Shown here: piece by piece, positions 11,163 to 21,900 of the stretch | Layout: each line of letters begins with the position of its first letter | Numbering within the stretch: the first letter of the stretch is position 1 | Assembly (NCBI GenBank): GCA_949948745.1 | Contig: CATLHA010000003.1 | Location: 5,708 to 69,707 of the forward strand | Direction: 5' to 3' | Source of the DNA: an uncultured Bacillales bacterium | GTDB lineage: Bacteria > Bacillota_I > Bacilli_A > RF39 > UBA660 | DNA: 64,000 bases | Notes under the pieces: model-generated | The model's input: the letters and a program-made list of their open reading frames with translations, nothing else | What the model was told of the DNA's origin: nothing | Database searches by the model: none | Position numbers and translations under genes: made by a program

Positions 11163-11546
11163 ATGTCTAAAGAAACCTTCAAGCAATTTGTTAGAACCAA
11201 TCCAGTTTTAGCAACTTTCGTAAATAGAGGCGAAGTAACTTGGCAAAGATTTTATGAAATGTATGATTTATATGGGGAAAACCATTCCATATGGAATGAA
11301 TATTTGAATCAAAATACAAAATCTGTAGTAAAAGAAGTAAGAGAAGATGCAGTAAAAGGAGCAACTACACTCGCAGATACCTCAATTAAAGATATTTTTA
11401 ATATGGTAAAATCCATGGATTTAGATACAGTAAAAAAAGGAGTAGATGGTCTTCAAAAGGCAGTAGGACTTCTTCAAGAATTTACTGGTACAAAAAAACA
11501 AGAACAATACCAAGCAAGACCACTGTATAAGCATTTAGAGGATTAA
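11163..11546 (+). CDS. YlbD-like small protein (putative coat/forespore protein family)
   Basis: 127 aa; position immediately upstream of YlbE-like, YlbF-like and rsmD genes mirrors Bacillus ylbD-ylbE-ylbF-ylbH synteny; weak sequence recognition. Confidence 0.3.
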   Translation: MSKETFKQFVRTNPVLATFVNRGEVTWQRFYEMYDLYGENHSIWNEYLNQNTKSVVKEVREDAVKGATTLADTSIKDIFNMVKSMDLDTVKKGVDGLQKAVGLLQEFTGTKKQEQYQARPLYKHLED

Positions 11547-11767
11547 TGGATATAAAAACACAAATAGAAATCAGAAAAAATCCCCATATTTACCATTACT
11601 TAAGAGAAAATAGTAGCTGGTATAAAATGCTAAATAGATACCCAGAATCAATAAAAGATTTAAATCAAGAAGCAAAAGACTACTTTCATCTAAATCCCAG
11701 CGACAAAATTGATGAAATTAGCAGGAAAGTAGAAATGGTACGTACATTTATGGATATGTTAAATTAA
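11546..11767 (+). CDS. YlbE-like protein
   Basis: 73 aa, motif KNPHIYHYLRENSSWYKMLNRYPESIKDL resembles YlbE family; start overlaps upstream stop (TAATG). Confidence 0.4.
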   Translation: MDIKTQIEIRKNPHIYHYLRENSSWYKMLNRYPESIKDLNQEAKDYFHLNPSDKIDEISRKVEMVRTFMDMLN

Positions 11768-11855
11768 TCAAAGAAGCATTTCGTTTCTTTTTTTCTGGTT
11801 AATTAATAGAAAGAAATAGTATACTATTAATAGAATATAGGAGTATACGTAGGTT

Positions 11856-12239
11856 ATGAAGAATATAAAAATAATTTTCAGTATAAGTTTAATAGTTATT
11901 GGTATGTGTTTAATTTCTAGCGGAATTCTTTTAATATATAAAAACGAGGAAAAGAAATCTGAAAATCAAAAAATATCTCATATTAATAAAGAAAACGGTT
12001 CTTTTCATTGTACTAGAGAAACATTTGAAATGCAAAATTATAAGATTGATTACCAATATGATTTTTCTTTTACGGACGGAAAAGTTAATAGGGCTTCTAC
12101 TCTTTATATTTATACATTTAAGACAAAAGAAAGCTATGAATTGTTTCACATTAATTTCTCTGATATTGGTCTTGAAACAGAGGAAGATTTTGATAACAAA
12201 AGCTTGACAAAAAAAATATACAACTCATGCAATTTTTGA
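11856..12239 (+). CDS. Hypothetical membrane-anchored protein (127 aa); frame may continue after a T5 slip to ~12312
   Basis: N-terminal TM helix; +1 frame downstream of stop continues EEYAEDVNQYLSYMQETGYVCEEK*. Confidence 0.35.
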   Translation: MKNIKIIFSISLIVIGMCLISSGILLIYKNEEKKSENQKISHINKENGSFHCTRETFEMQNYKIDYQYDFSFTDGKVNRASTLYIYTFKTKESYELFHINFSDIGLETEEDFDNKSLTKKIYNSCNF

Positions 12240-12413
12240 AGAATATGCAGAGGATGTCAATCAATATTTATCTTATATGCAAGAAACTGGATATGTTTGT
12301 GAAGAAAAGTGATTTTCATAAAACCTCTATAATTCTATTTATAAATCAAAAAAAGACTATAATAAAATATAGCCTTTTTTCTTTATTTGTAAAATTAAAA
12401 AATTTATAGTAAA

Positions 12414-12737
12414 ATGAATACGAGGGATAAGCACATGAAAGAAGACATTATCAAAAAATTAGAGGAATTACAAAAACTAATAGAAAAGGATGACACCTAT
12501 AAACAAGCAAAAGCAATCCAAAAAAAACTGTTAGAAAATTCAGAATTAATAAATCAAATTGAAAGACTAAAAAAAGAAAACATTCATTCAAATAACTATT
12601 TACAAGAAAAAAAGAAATTATATGAAAATGAAGATTATAAAAAATATCAAGAATTAGAAAATAAATTATATATTATGACATTAGAAATTAATCAAATATT
12701 AAATAGATTAATAGAAAAGAGGTCATGTCAGAAATGA
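12414..12737 (+). CDS. YlbF/YmcA-family regulatory protein (coiled-coil)
   Basis: 107 aa, helical/coiled-coil, positioned directly upstream of rsmD as in Bacillus ylbF. Confidence 0.4.
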   Translation: MNTRDKHMKEDIIKKLEELQKLIEKDDTYKQAKAIQKKLLENSELINQIERLKKENIHSNNYLQEKKKLYENEDYKKYQELENKLYIMTLEINQILNRLIEKRSCQK

Positions 12738-13285
12738 AAATAATTAGTGGAATATACAAAGGAAGAAACATCATAGGATATGATATTGAGGGCACTAGAC
12801 CTACACAAGATCGAGTAAGAGAAAGTCTTTTTGGAATGATTCAGAATTATCTAATAGATAGTGAAGTACTAGATCTTTTCGCAGGAACAGGAAGTTTAGG
12901 TTTAGAATCATTAAGTAATGGTGCTATGTCTGCAACTTTTGTGGATATAAATCAAAAATGTACAAATAATATTAAGAAGATAATTAATTTATTTCAAGTA
13001 AAAGAAGAAACTTTAGTATTAAATTTAGACTATAAAAAGGCACTACAATACTTATATGAAAATAAAAAAAGCTTTGACCTAATTTTCTTAGACCCACCAT
13101 ATCGTTATCAAAATATTGAAGAATTATTAATAAAAATAAAAGAAATGAATTTGATAAAAGAAGATGGACTTGTAGTTTGTGAATATGAAAATGATGAATT
13201 AAAAGAAGAATATCCATCTTATAAAAAACTAAAAGAAAAAAAATACGGTTTTAAAACCATATCTATTTATAAATACAAGGGATGA
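12734..13285 (+). CDS. rsmD: 16S rRNA (guanine966-N2)-methyltransferase RsmD
   Basis: SAM-MTase motif DLFAGTGSLGLES and DPPY motif; ~180 aa; start MKIISG chosen over upstream ATG. Confidence 0.85.
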   Translation: MKIISGIYKGRNIIGYDIEGTRPTQDRVRESLFGMIQNYLIDSEVLDLFAGTGSLGLESLSNGAMSATFVDINQKCTNNIKKIINLFQVKEETLVLNLDYKKALQYLYENKKSFDLIFLDPPYRYQNIEELLIKIKEMNLIKEDGLVVCEYENDELKEEYPSYKKLKEKKYGFKTISIYKYKG

Positions 13286-13289
13286 TAAA

Positions 13290-13829
13290 ATGAAAATATA
13301 TCTAGTAAGACATGCACAAACAGAAGCCAATTACCAAGGGTTATTACAAGGAAGAACTAACACTCCATTAAGTGAAGCAGGAATTAGAGATGCACAAAAA
13401 CTAAAAGAAAAATTAAATGGAAAACCACTAGATATTTGTATCACTTCTCCCTTATCTAGAACCTGGCAAACCGCTATGATTATGGCAGGAGATAGAACAT
13501 ATATCTTAGAAGATGAAAGACTAATTGAAAGAAATCTTGGAAACTTTGAAGGAAAATCAAGAACATTATATGATGCCAAAAAATATTGGGATTATGAGTT
13601 GAATACAGGAGAAGAGGGCGTTGAAAAGATTCAAGACGTTATTGAAAGAGCAGAAAATTTTCTAAACGAACTAAAGGAAAAATATAGTGATAAAAGCATA
13701 CTAATTGTCTCTCATGGAGCAGTAGTTAGAGCGTTAGACCATTTAATCAATAATGTAAATTTTAAAGAAAAGAAAGACCTGACCAAAATGCCAATAGAAA
13801 ACAGTTTCTTTAAAGAATATGATATTTAA
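13290..13829 (+). CDS. Histidine phosphatase family protein (phosphoglycerate mutase-like)
   Basis: RHAQTEAN / catalytic His motif at N-terminus, SHG motif near C-terminus. Confidence 0.8.
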   Translation: MKIYLVRHAQTEANYQGLLQGRTNTPLSEAGIRDAQKLKEKLNGKPLDICITSPLSRTWQTAMIMAGDRTYILEDERLIERNLGNFEGKSRTLYDAKKYWDYELNTGEEGVEKIQDVIERAENFLNELKEKYSDKSILIVSHGAVVRALDHLINNVNFKEKKDLTKMPIENSFFKEYDI

Positions 13830-14056
13830 TATAAAAAAAGAGAACAAGTCTCTTTTTTTCTTTTTTATCTTCTTTATACTAAATATACTACGATACTAGC
13901 AATAAAGGAACCAATCATTATTAAACAAAATAAAATTGCAAAAAACCTAATTAATTTTTTATTCATTGTATCCACCTCAATACTAATTATAATAGAATAC
14001 TTAAAAAAAGTAAAATATTTTCATAAATAGAAAATAAAATACATAAAGTGAAGTAG

Positions 14057-14677
14057 GTGAAGAAAATGTTAAATCTAAAAAAAGACAAGCTATCAAAACA
14101 AAAATTACTATATTTGATATTAATAGGAATCATTTTATTGGGAATTGGAACAGGGCTTTTCTATGTATTTCTTCTAAAAAAAGAAATAAAAGCAGAATTA
14201 CTAACTGGAATTGATCAATTTTTTACAACAATTAAGACATCAAATTTAAATAAAACATCTACTTTAATCAATAGTTTATCTGCAAATGGCTTATCGTTAC
14301 TAATTTTATGGATTTTAGGCATTTCTATTATAGGAATTCCATTTATCATGATGTTTCTTTTTTATAAAAGTTTCGTTCTTAGTTTTTCTTTTATATCCAT
14401 TATTACAAAATATCATTTAAAAGGAATCTTTCTGGCCTTAACATATATTTTCCCATCTCAAGTATTAAATCTTATTATATGGCTTTTATTAAGCTTTTAT
14501 GGGGTAGGATTTTCTATTAAATTAATTAAAGTATTATTCTTAAAGAAAAGTATAAATCTAAGAGAATCATTTAAAAAATATACAAAAATATTAGGAATAT
14601 GTATTATAGTATTAATACTTTCTTCTGTACTTGAAACTTATGTGTCTCCATATCTTATGAATTTCTTTTTAAAATAA
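14057..14677 (+). CDS. SpoIIM-like integral membrane protein (DUF95 family)
   Basis: 206 aa with ~5 predicted TM helices; family call tentative. Confidence 0.35.
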   Translation: MKKMLNLKKDKLSKQKLLYLILIGIILLGIGTGLFYVFLLKKEIKAELLTGIDQFFTTIKTSNLNKTSTLINSLSANGLSLLILWILGISIIGIPFIMMFLFYKSFVLSFSFISIITKYHLKGIFLALTYIFPSQVLNLIIWLLLSFYGVGFSIKLIKVLFLKKSINLRESFKKYTKILGICIIVLILSSVLETYVSPYLMNFFLK

Positions 14678-14778
14678 TCATAAGTTTACATCCTAAAGAA
14701 ATTTATTGATAAAAATCATATATTAATTTTTCCCTTTATGTTACGATAATTATATAAATCATAAGGAGGATATAATTT

Positions 14779-15663
14779 ATGAATTTAAAAGAATTATTTG
14801 GATATGAGGGAAAGAATGTAGTAATTACTGGAGCTGCATCTGGAATGAGTAAATCAGCTGCTGAATTGTTATTGGAATTGGGAGCTAATGTTTATGCAAT
14901 CGATAAAAATGAAATTGATTTACCAGTAAAAGAAAAATTTCAAGTTGATTTAAGCAATAAAGAAGAAATTGATACATTAATTGAACAACTACCAGAGAAA
15001 ATCGATGCATTATTCTTATGTCATGGAATCGCAGCTTTTCCTGGAAGAGAACTATTAGTACAAAAAGTAAATTTTTATAGTCAAAAATACATGACAGAGA
15101 AGCTATTAGACCGTATTTCTGATCATGGATCAGTAACTTTCATTTCTTCTGTTGGAGGATTTGGATGGCAACAAGTATATAATCAATGTGTAGAACTAAT
15201 TAATTTGCCTACTTGGGAAAACGCTATGAAGTGGTATGAAGAACACTCCAAATTAATTGAAAGTGCTTATGTATTCGCAAAACAATGTTTAGAGTCATAT
15301 GTAACCTATAAATGTATGTCAAAAGAATTTATTGATCGTAGAATTAGATTAAATGCCATCAATCCAGGAGATACAACAACTGGATTAACAGAAGATTTTA
15401 ATAGATCAACAAGTCCAAACGGAGATATTAAAGAAGGAGAAGAAATGATTTCTAATATCTTCTTAAAGAGTTGGAATGGATATGCAGCAGAACCAAAAAA
15501 TATGGGATATCCATTAGTTGTCGTAGGAAGCGACATTTGTTCTTATATGTCAGGACAATTAATATATATTGACTTTGGATTAACTTCTACTTGGACAAGT
15601 GGAGCACTATTACAAGCTAATCAAAAATCAATAGAAGAAATTTCAAGAGAATCAAATGAATAA
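14779..15663 (+). CDS. Short-chain dehydrogenase/reductase (SDR) family oxidoreductase
   Basis: N-terminal Rossmann motif VVITGAASGMSKSAA; 294 aa. Confidence 0.65.
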   Translation: MNLKELFGYEGKNVVITGAASGMSKSAAELLLELGANVYAIDKNEIDLPVKEKFQVDLSNKEEIDTLIEQLPEKIDALFLCHGIAAFPGRELLVQKVNFYSQKYMTEKLLDRISDHGSVTFISSVGGFGWQQVYNQCVELINLPTWENAMKWYEEHSKLIESAYVFAKQCLESYVTYKCMSKEFIDRRIRLNAINPGDTTTGLTEDFNRSTSPNGDIKEGEEMISNIFLKSWNGYAAEPKNMGYPLVVVGSDICSYMSGQLIYIDFGLTSTWTSGALLQANQKSIEEISRESNE

Positions 15664-15771
15664 TAAAGATAGGAAATAGAATCAAAATTCTATTTCCTTT
15701 TTTTATTTTGTATCAAATTTATAAATAGACATTACTCTAGTAATTTGATACAATATTCTCGGTGAAAAGAA

Positions 15772-16878
15772 ATGAAAAAAGTAGTAATTGGAATGAGTGG
15801 CGGAGTTGATAGTAGTGTAGCTGCTATTCTATTAAAAGAGCAAGGTTATGAAGTTATCGGGTTATTTATGAGAAATTGGGATACCTCTATCAATGGAGAT
15901 ATCTTAGGAAACCCAAACCTAGATAACAATATTTGCCCTCAAGAACAAGATTATAACGATGCACTAGAAGTGTGCAAAAAAATAGGAATTCCTCTACATA
16001 GAATCGATTTTGTAAAGGAATACTGGGATAATGTGTTTGAATATTTCCTAGACGAATTAAAAAAAGGGAGAACACCAAATCCAGATATTATGTGTAATAA
16101 ATATATAAAATTTGATTATTTTATAAAAGAAGCAAAAAGATTGGGTGCAGATTATATCGCAACGGGTCACTATGCTAGAATTAAAGATGGTGAGTTATTA
16201 AGAGCGGTTGATACAAATAAAGATCAGACTTACTTTTTATCACAACTATCAAAAGAACAATTAGAAAATGTTCTATTTCCAATTGGTGAATTAACAAAGC
16301 CAGAGGTACGAGAAATAGCAGAAAAATATGATTTAATTACAGCAAAAAAGAAAGATTCTACAGGAATATGTTTTATTGGAGAACGTAATTTTAGAAATTT
16401 CTTAAAGAACTATTTACCAAATCTACCTGGAGATATCGTAAATATTGAAACAAATGAAGTTGTAGGAAAGCATATCGGTCTTATGTATTATACCATCGGG
16501 CAGAGAAGGGGATTAGATGTTGGTGGTACAAAAGATAGAATGTTCGTAGTAGGAAAAAATATGGAAAAGAATATTCTATATATCGCAATTGGAGATAAAA
16601 CAGATTACCTATTATCAGATAGTTGTATTGTAGACACAATTAATTTTAATACAGAAAATCGCCCAACAAAATGTACTGCAAAATTTAGATATCGTGCTGA
16701 AGATTACCCTGTAGAATTAGAGTATTTAGATAGTGGTGAAATCAGAGTAAAATATGATCATATCAAATCTGTAACACCTGGACAAGCCTGTGTTTTCTAT
16801 GATAAGGAAAAATGTATTGGTGGAGGTATTATCAAGACAGTGTGTAAAGCTGGAGAAAAAATTTGGTATATATTGTAA
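15772..16878 (+). CDS. mnmA: tRNA-specific 2-thiouridylase MnmA
   Basis: PP-loop SGGVDSSV at N-terminus, conserved ATGHYAR and CxxC regions, 368 aa. Confidence 0.9.
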   Translation: MKKVVIGMSGGVDSSVAAILLKEQGYEVIGLFMRNWDTSINGDILGNPNLDNNICPQEQDYNDALEVCKKIGIPLHRIDFVKEYWDNVFEYFLDELKKGRTPNPDIMCNKYIKFDYFIKEAKRLGADYIATGHYARIKDGELLRAVDTNKDQTYFLSQLSKEQLENVLFPIGELTKPEVREIAEKYDLITAKKKDSTGICFIGERNFRNFLKNYLPNLPGDIVNIETNEVVGKHIGLMYYTIGQRRGLDVGGTKDRMFVVGKNMEKNILYIAIGDKTDYLLSDSCIVDTINFNTENRPTKCTAKFRYRAEDYPVELEYLDSGEIRVKYDHIKSVTPGQACVFYDKEKCIGGGIIKTVCKAGEKIWYIL

Positions 16879-16946
16879 AAATTTGTAAACTTTACTACTT
16901 GATTTTTTATGTAAACATGATAGAATTAATTTAGGAGGTTTAACAT

Positions 16947-17714
16947 ATGAAAAATTTAAATGACTTGTTAGGAGAGTTAGGAATCTCTAAAGTAAGATTA
17001 GCCAAATATTTAGGAGTTTCAAGACAAATGCTATACAATTATTTAGCACAAGGAAACCTAAGTGAATGGCCAAAAGAAAAAGCAATGAAGGTATTATGTC
17101 TTCTAGGTGTGCAAAATTTAGAAGATATTGAAAATATAAAAGTGGATGGAGAATATATCATCCAAGTAGAAAATCGTTTAAATGACGGAGTAAAGGAAAG
17201 CTCAGGAAAAGAAATAATTGCAGATTTAAAAGGATTTAATAAAAAAGAACAAGAACTACTTAGTGATATTATCAATCTATTAAAAGAAAAATTATCTGAT
17301 GATAAAACAAAAGATACTTATAATAGTTATCGTTATTTATATCATTTTCTACAATCTATGGAAACCAATAAAGAGTTAAAATATATCTTAGCATATATGT
17401 CAAAGTCGATGGGATTTATCGATCATACAGAATATGTATTTAATGAGAATCAACAATTTATTTTTGAAAGTATTTTATTCTCAGCTATGACATTATATAC
17501 AAATGGTGGTGCATCTAGAAGTAAAATCGCAGATACACATAAACGTTTTGTACAAGAAATTGAACATAAGAAAGAAGAAAGATTATCTCGTACTCAAGAG
17601 TTAAATACAGCTAAAATTCAAGCTCTAAAAGAACTTGGATATACAGAAATTAATAGTGAAAATGCAAAAGAAGTACTAGATAAGATAGCTGAAATTCAAT
17701 CAAGAAAAGTGTAA
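16947..17714 (+). CDS. Helix-turn-helix (XRE-like) domain protein, C-terminal domain unknown
   Basis: N-terminal LGISKVRLAKYLGVSRQMLYNY HTH; remainder unrecognised. Confidence 0.45.
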   Translation: MKNLNDLLGELGISKVRLAKYLGVSRQMLYNYLAQGNLSEWPKEKAMKVLCLLGVQNLEDIENIKVDGEYIIQVENRLNDGVKESSGKEIIADLKGFNKKEQELLSDIINLLKEKLSDDKTKDTYNSYRYLYHFLQSMETNKELKYILAYMSKSMGFIDHTEYVFNENQQFIFESILFSAMTLYTNGGASRSKIADTHKRFVQEIEHKKEERLSRTQELNTAKIQALKELGYTEINSENAKEVLDKIAEIQSRKV

Positions 17715-17719
17715 AATGA

Positions 17720-17750
17720 AAACATGCTAACTACAAAGCATGTTTTTTTC
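17720..17750 (+). terminator. Bidirectional rho-independent terminator
   Basis: AAACATGCT-aactacaa-AGCATGTTT hairpin followed by TTTTTTT. Confidence 0.6.
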
Positions 17751-17768
17751 AATGAGATTAAAATATAT

Positions 17769-18629
17769 TTATTTTTTTATTTGTTTTGGTTTTTTCCAAT
17801 TATAACCACAATCTGTCATCATTGTATAGCCTGTTAGAAACTTCAAAAGCTTATCATCATCCCAATCTATATACTGTGACATTTTAGAAGACTCAAAAGT
17901 ATTTTCATAAGTAAAGTAAGGCACATCTACACACTTTTTAATAATCATCTTTAAAACTTCAATAGTGTGTTTTAAATGATAATAACTAATAAGCTCACTT
18001 ACTGTATGCTCATTATAATAACAAATACTTAAATTAACAGCCGCAATATCCCAAGCAGGACCCAAAATAGAAATATCACTAGCTGTTCCTTTTTGAGTGA
18101 TAAATCCTAAAGAATTAAAATACTCCCTAAATTGTATATTCCCACAATTATAAAAAACACAATTACGATAACCACTACGGTCTAGTTCCATTATATATTT
18201 CACATCAGGTGGTTCTAATTGTCTAGATGCCATAATTGCACCTAAACCGCCTAATTCTTCACCCACAGTAAAAAGTACATGTGGTTTCAATTCTTCTAAT
18301 ATTTTTAAAATTGCATAAACACCACATCGATCATCGCCACCAATAGCCTCCTTATGACCATAAATTTCTTCAAAGTACGAATCATATTCTAACGTTTTTG
18401 GTAGCTGATTAGTATAAGTGTCTAAGTGAGCAACCAATAAAATAGGTAAATCGCCCTGTGCATATACATAACCAATATCTTCTTTTACTTGCATTCCCTT
18501 TTTTTCTAAATTTTCAGAAATTATTCTTTTTAAATCTGATTGTTGTAATCTTATAATTTCAACTAATTGCCTTAAATTAGGATCTTTAATATTTTTTAAA
18601 ATATTTACCTCTACATCACACATTCTCAT
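17769..18629 (-). CDS. Putative metallopeptidase-like protein (M42/M28-like motifs)
   Basis: AHLDT and GGDDRCG motifs reminiscent of co-catalytic metallopeptidases; family not certain. Confidence 0.35.
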   Translation of the reverse strand: MRMCDVEVNILKNIKDPNLRQLVEIIRLQQSDLKRIISENLEKKGMQVKEDIGYVYAQGDLPILLVAHLDTYTNQLPKTLEYDSYFEEIYGHKEAIGGDDRCGVYAILKILEELKPHVLFTVGEELGGLGAIMASRQLEPPDVKYIMELDRSGYRNCVFYNCGNIQFREYFNSLGFITQKGTASDISILGPAWDIAAVNLSICYYNEHTVSELISYYHLKHTIEVLKMIIKKCVDVPYFTYENTFESSKMSQYIDWDDDKLLKFLTGYTMMTDCGYNWKKPKQIKK

Positions 18630-18791
18630 ATTCTAGAGTGCTCCTTTAAAATGCTTATATTATAATACAAAATGGACATTCTAGCAATAAAAATTGGAAA
18701 GCCAGTTAAATAAGTTGTTATTTGGTTAACTATATGTTAAACTTGCATTATGAAATTATGTAAATTCTATAATCTAGGTAAATGACTCAAT

Positions 18792-18886
18792 AATAAAAAA
18801 AGACTGCCAAAGCAGTCGCTCAAATAGAGTATTTAGGGTTAAACCTTTATTTTAACTCTCTATGTCATCTTAAATGGTATTAAGAC
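18792..18886 (-). ncRNA. tracrRNA: tracrRNA of the type II-A system (anti-repeat + nexus + terminator hairpin)
   Basis: Minus-strand transcript reads GUCUUAAUACCAUUUAAGAUGACAUAGAGAGUUAAAAU (complementary to the CRISPR repeat with a bulge). It is followed by AAGGUUUAACC nexus-like hairpin and GACUGC-UUUG-GCAGUC + U7 terminator. Confidence 0.65.
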
Positions 18887-18892
18887 AATTAC

Positions 18893-18922
18893 ATAATAGC
18901 ATGATATTAGGAGGTGTGTCAA
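18893..18922 (-). promoter_or_regulatory. Putative sigma-A promoter for tracrRNA (TTGACA-N18-TATTAT) embedded in the cas9 5' region
   Basis: Minus strand reads TTGACAcacctcctaatatcatgcTATTAT ending ~7 nt upstream of the anti-repeat. Confidence 0.45.
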
Positions 18923-21900
18923 TTGGAAAATAATAAAAAATATAATATCGGTCTAGACATAGGAACAACTTCCGTTGGATGGGCAGTAGTAGAATGTGAA
19001 AACCAAAAAATAATCAGAAAAGGAAATAAAGCTCTATGGGGAGTTCGATTATTTGAGGAAGCAAATACTGCAGCAGATAGAAGAAACAAACGAAGTACTA
19101 GAAGACGCTATGATAGAAGAAGAGAGAGAATAAGATTACTACAGGAAGAATTTAAAGAAGAAATTAATAAAATTGATTCTAATTTTTTTACAAAATTAAA
19201 AGAATCTTTTTATCATGAAGACGATAAAGAAAACAAAACTATTCCATTAACAAAAGAAGAGAAAGAGACAATCAAAGAATATAATAACAAATACAAAACG
19301 ATCTATCATTTAAGAAATAAGCTAATAAATTCTACAGAAAAAGAAGATATCAGATTAGTTTATCTAGCAATTCATCATATTATAAAATATCGAGGAAATT
19401 TTCTTTATAATAGTGATAACTTCAGTGTAGAAAATTTAAACTTAGAGACTCAAATAGAAACAATATTAAATTCAGCAATTAATTTTTGTCCATCTTTAGA
19501 ATGTCCGACAGACTATAAAGAATATATAAAAATTAATGATCTTTCTATAGCACTTTTGGATTCTTCTAAAAATGATCGAAAAGTAAAAGTTCAAAAAATA
19601 TTGGAATCAATTCTTCCTAAAATTTTTGTAAGTGAATTTATAAAACTAATAAATGGAAACAAATTCAATATTATAAAAATGATAGGATTAGAAAATATAG
19701 ATAAACTGGAAATTAGTTTTAATGGAACCGATTATGAAGAAAAATACAATGAACTTGAATCCATTCTTGGAGATTCCATTGAAGTACTTGATAGTATGAA
19801 ACAATTATATGATATGGTTTTTCTAAAAAGGTTATTTAAATCAAGTGAAAGCACAAATATTTCGGCCTTAATGGTTGAAAAATACGAATTACACAAAAAA
19901 GATTTAAAATTTTTAAAATCTATTTTAGATATTGATCGAAAAATTTATAATAAAATTTTTAAAAGTAGAAAAGAAATCTGTCCTTACGAAAATTACATAA
20001 AAAATAAAATAACTAATGAAGAATTCGTGAAGGAAATAAAAAAATATTTACCAAGTATTTTTGAAAAAAACATCAATCAAGAACTACTTACCTATTATGA
20101 AGCTAACATTCAAAAACGTATGGAGAATGGAGATTTTCTACCTCGAATTACTGATAAAGACAATGGAAAATACCCATATCAATTAAATAAAGAAGAATTA
20201 ATCAAAATTATTGAAAACCAAGGAAAATATTATCCATTCTTACTAGATAAAACAAAAGATGATACTTATAAACTTGTTAAATTATTAGAGTTTAGAATTC
20301 CATATTATGTTGGTCCATTGACAGAGGAAAGTCATAGTAAATTTGCTTGGATGATTCGAAAAAACTATAACGAAAAAATTACTCCTTATAATTTTGATGA
20401 CATAATCGATAAAGAAGCAACGGCAGAAAAATTTATAAAAAGAATGATTTCTCATTGTACTTATTTATTAGAAGAACCAGCAATGCCCAATAATTCTATT
20501 CTCTATTCAAAATATAAAGTAATGAATGAACTAAAGCAAATTAGAATCAACGGAAAAAAAATGTCATGCGATATGCAGAATAAAATTTTAAGAAATTTAT
20601 TTATGACTACAAGCGGGAATATCACAGATAAAAAATTTAAAGAATATTTATATGCTAATAAGGATTTTGATATGTATCAAGGTGACTTTAATATTACAGG
20701 ATATTCAGCAGATGGAAAATTTGCAAATACAATGCAATCCTATATAGATTTCTTCGGTGAAAATGGAATCTTTAGTAACACTAATTATACCTTAGAAGAG
20801 GCAGAACAAATTATTGAATGGATTACAATATTTGAAGATAAAGATATTTTAAAAACAAAAGTAGAAAGGGACTACCCATTACTTAATGATTCCCAAATTA
20901 AAAAAATTATTTCTAAAAAATATAGTGGTTGGGGAAGTTTATGTAAGAAATTATTAACAACTAAATACTATGTTGATAAGGAAAGTGGAGTTACAAAATC
21001 AATTATAGATTTAATGGAAGAGACAGAAAATAATTTCATGCAGATTATCAATGATGATACCTATAATTTTCAAAAGATGATTAAGGAAAATAATAAAATA
21101 GATGTAACTCAAAAATTAAATTATAGTGTAGTCGAATGCCTAGCAACTTCTCCCTCAACAAAGAGAGGTATCTATCAAGCCCTAAGGGTAGTCGATGAAA
21201 TCGTAAAATATATGAAAAAAGAGCCAGAGGCAATTATGGTAGAAATGGCTCGAGGTGATGATCAAAAGAAAAGAAAAGATGACCGTAAAAAATATTTAAT
21301 AAAACTATATGAAAAAGCCAAAGAAGAAATTGAGGATTACAATCAACTAATGCAACAACTAGGAAAATTTGAGAAAATTGATAGTCAAAAATTATTTCTT
21401 TATTTTATACAAGAAGGAAAAAGTTTATATTCTGGAAAACCACTGAATATTGAAGATTTAGCTACTTACGAAATTGATCATATTATTCCAAGAACTTTAA
21501 TTAAAGATGACTCAATTGATAATAAAGCTTTAGTATATAGAGAAGAAAATCAAACAAAGGCCGCTAACTATATTCTTCCCAGGGAATTCAGAAGCCAATT
21601 CAATAGAGCATGGTGGGAACATTTAAGGAAAATTGGGTTAATTTCATCTAAAAAGTTTCATAATCTAATTCGTTCTGAGTATAAAGAAGAAGAAATAGAA
21701 AACTTTATCAATCGTCAATTGGTAGAAACTAGACAAATAACCAAACATGTAGCAAATATTCTAAATAGCTATTACAAAAATACACAAGTTGTCTATTTAC
21801 ATGCTGATTTGTCACATAATTATCGAGAGAAATTCGAGTTATTTAAATTTAGAGATATAAATGATTATCATCATGCACATGATGCTTATTTGGCGGCAGT

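Noticed and set aside
18748-18782. ATTATGTAAATTCTATAATCTAGGTAAAT upstream of the tracrRNA resembles the XerD-arm half (TTATGTAAA) of the Firmicutes dif site
   Set aside because: The other arm and central region do not match the dif consensus (ACTTCCTAGAA-TATATA-TTATGTAAACT). More likely a partial chance match or promoter-region A/T sequence
18850-18886. Repeat-like sequence upstream of cas9 that might be a third mini-array or a degenerate leader-proximal repeat
   Set aside because: It is a single copy with a 2-nt insertion. In the opposite orientation it is followed by nexus and terminator hairpins and preceded by a promoter, which is the hallmark of a tracrRNA anti-repeat rather than an array
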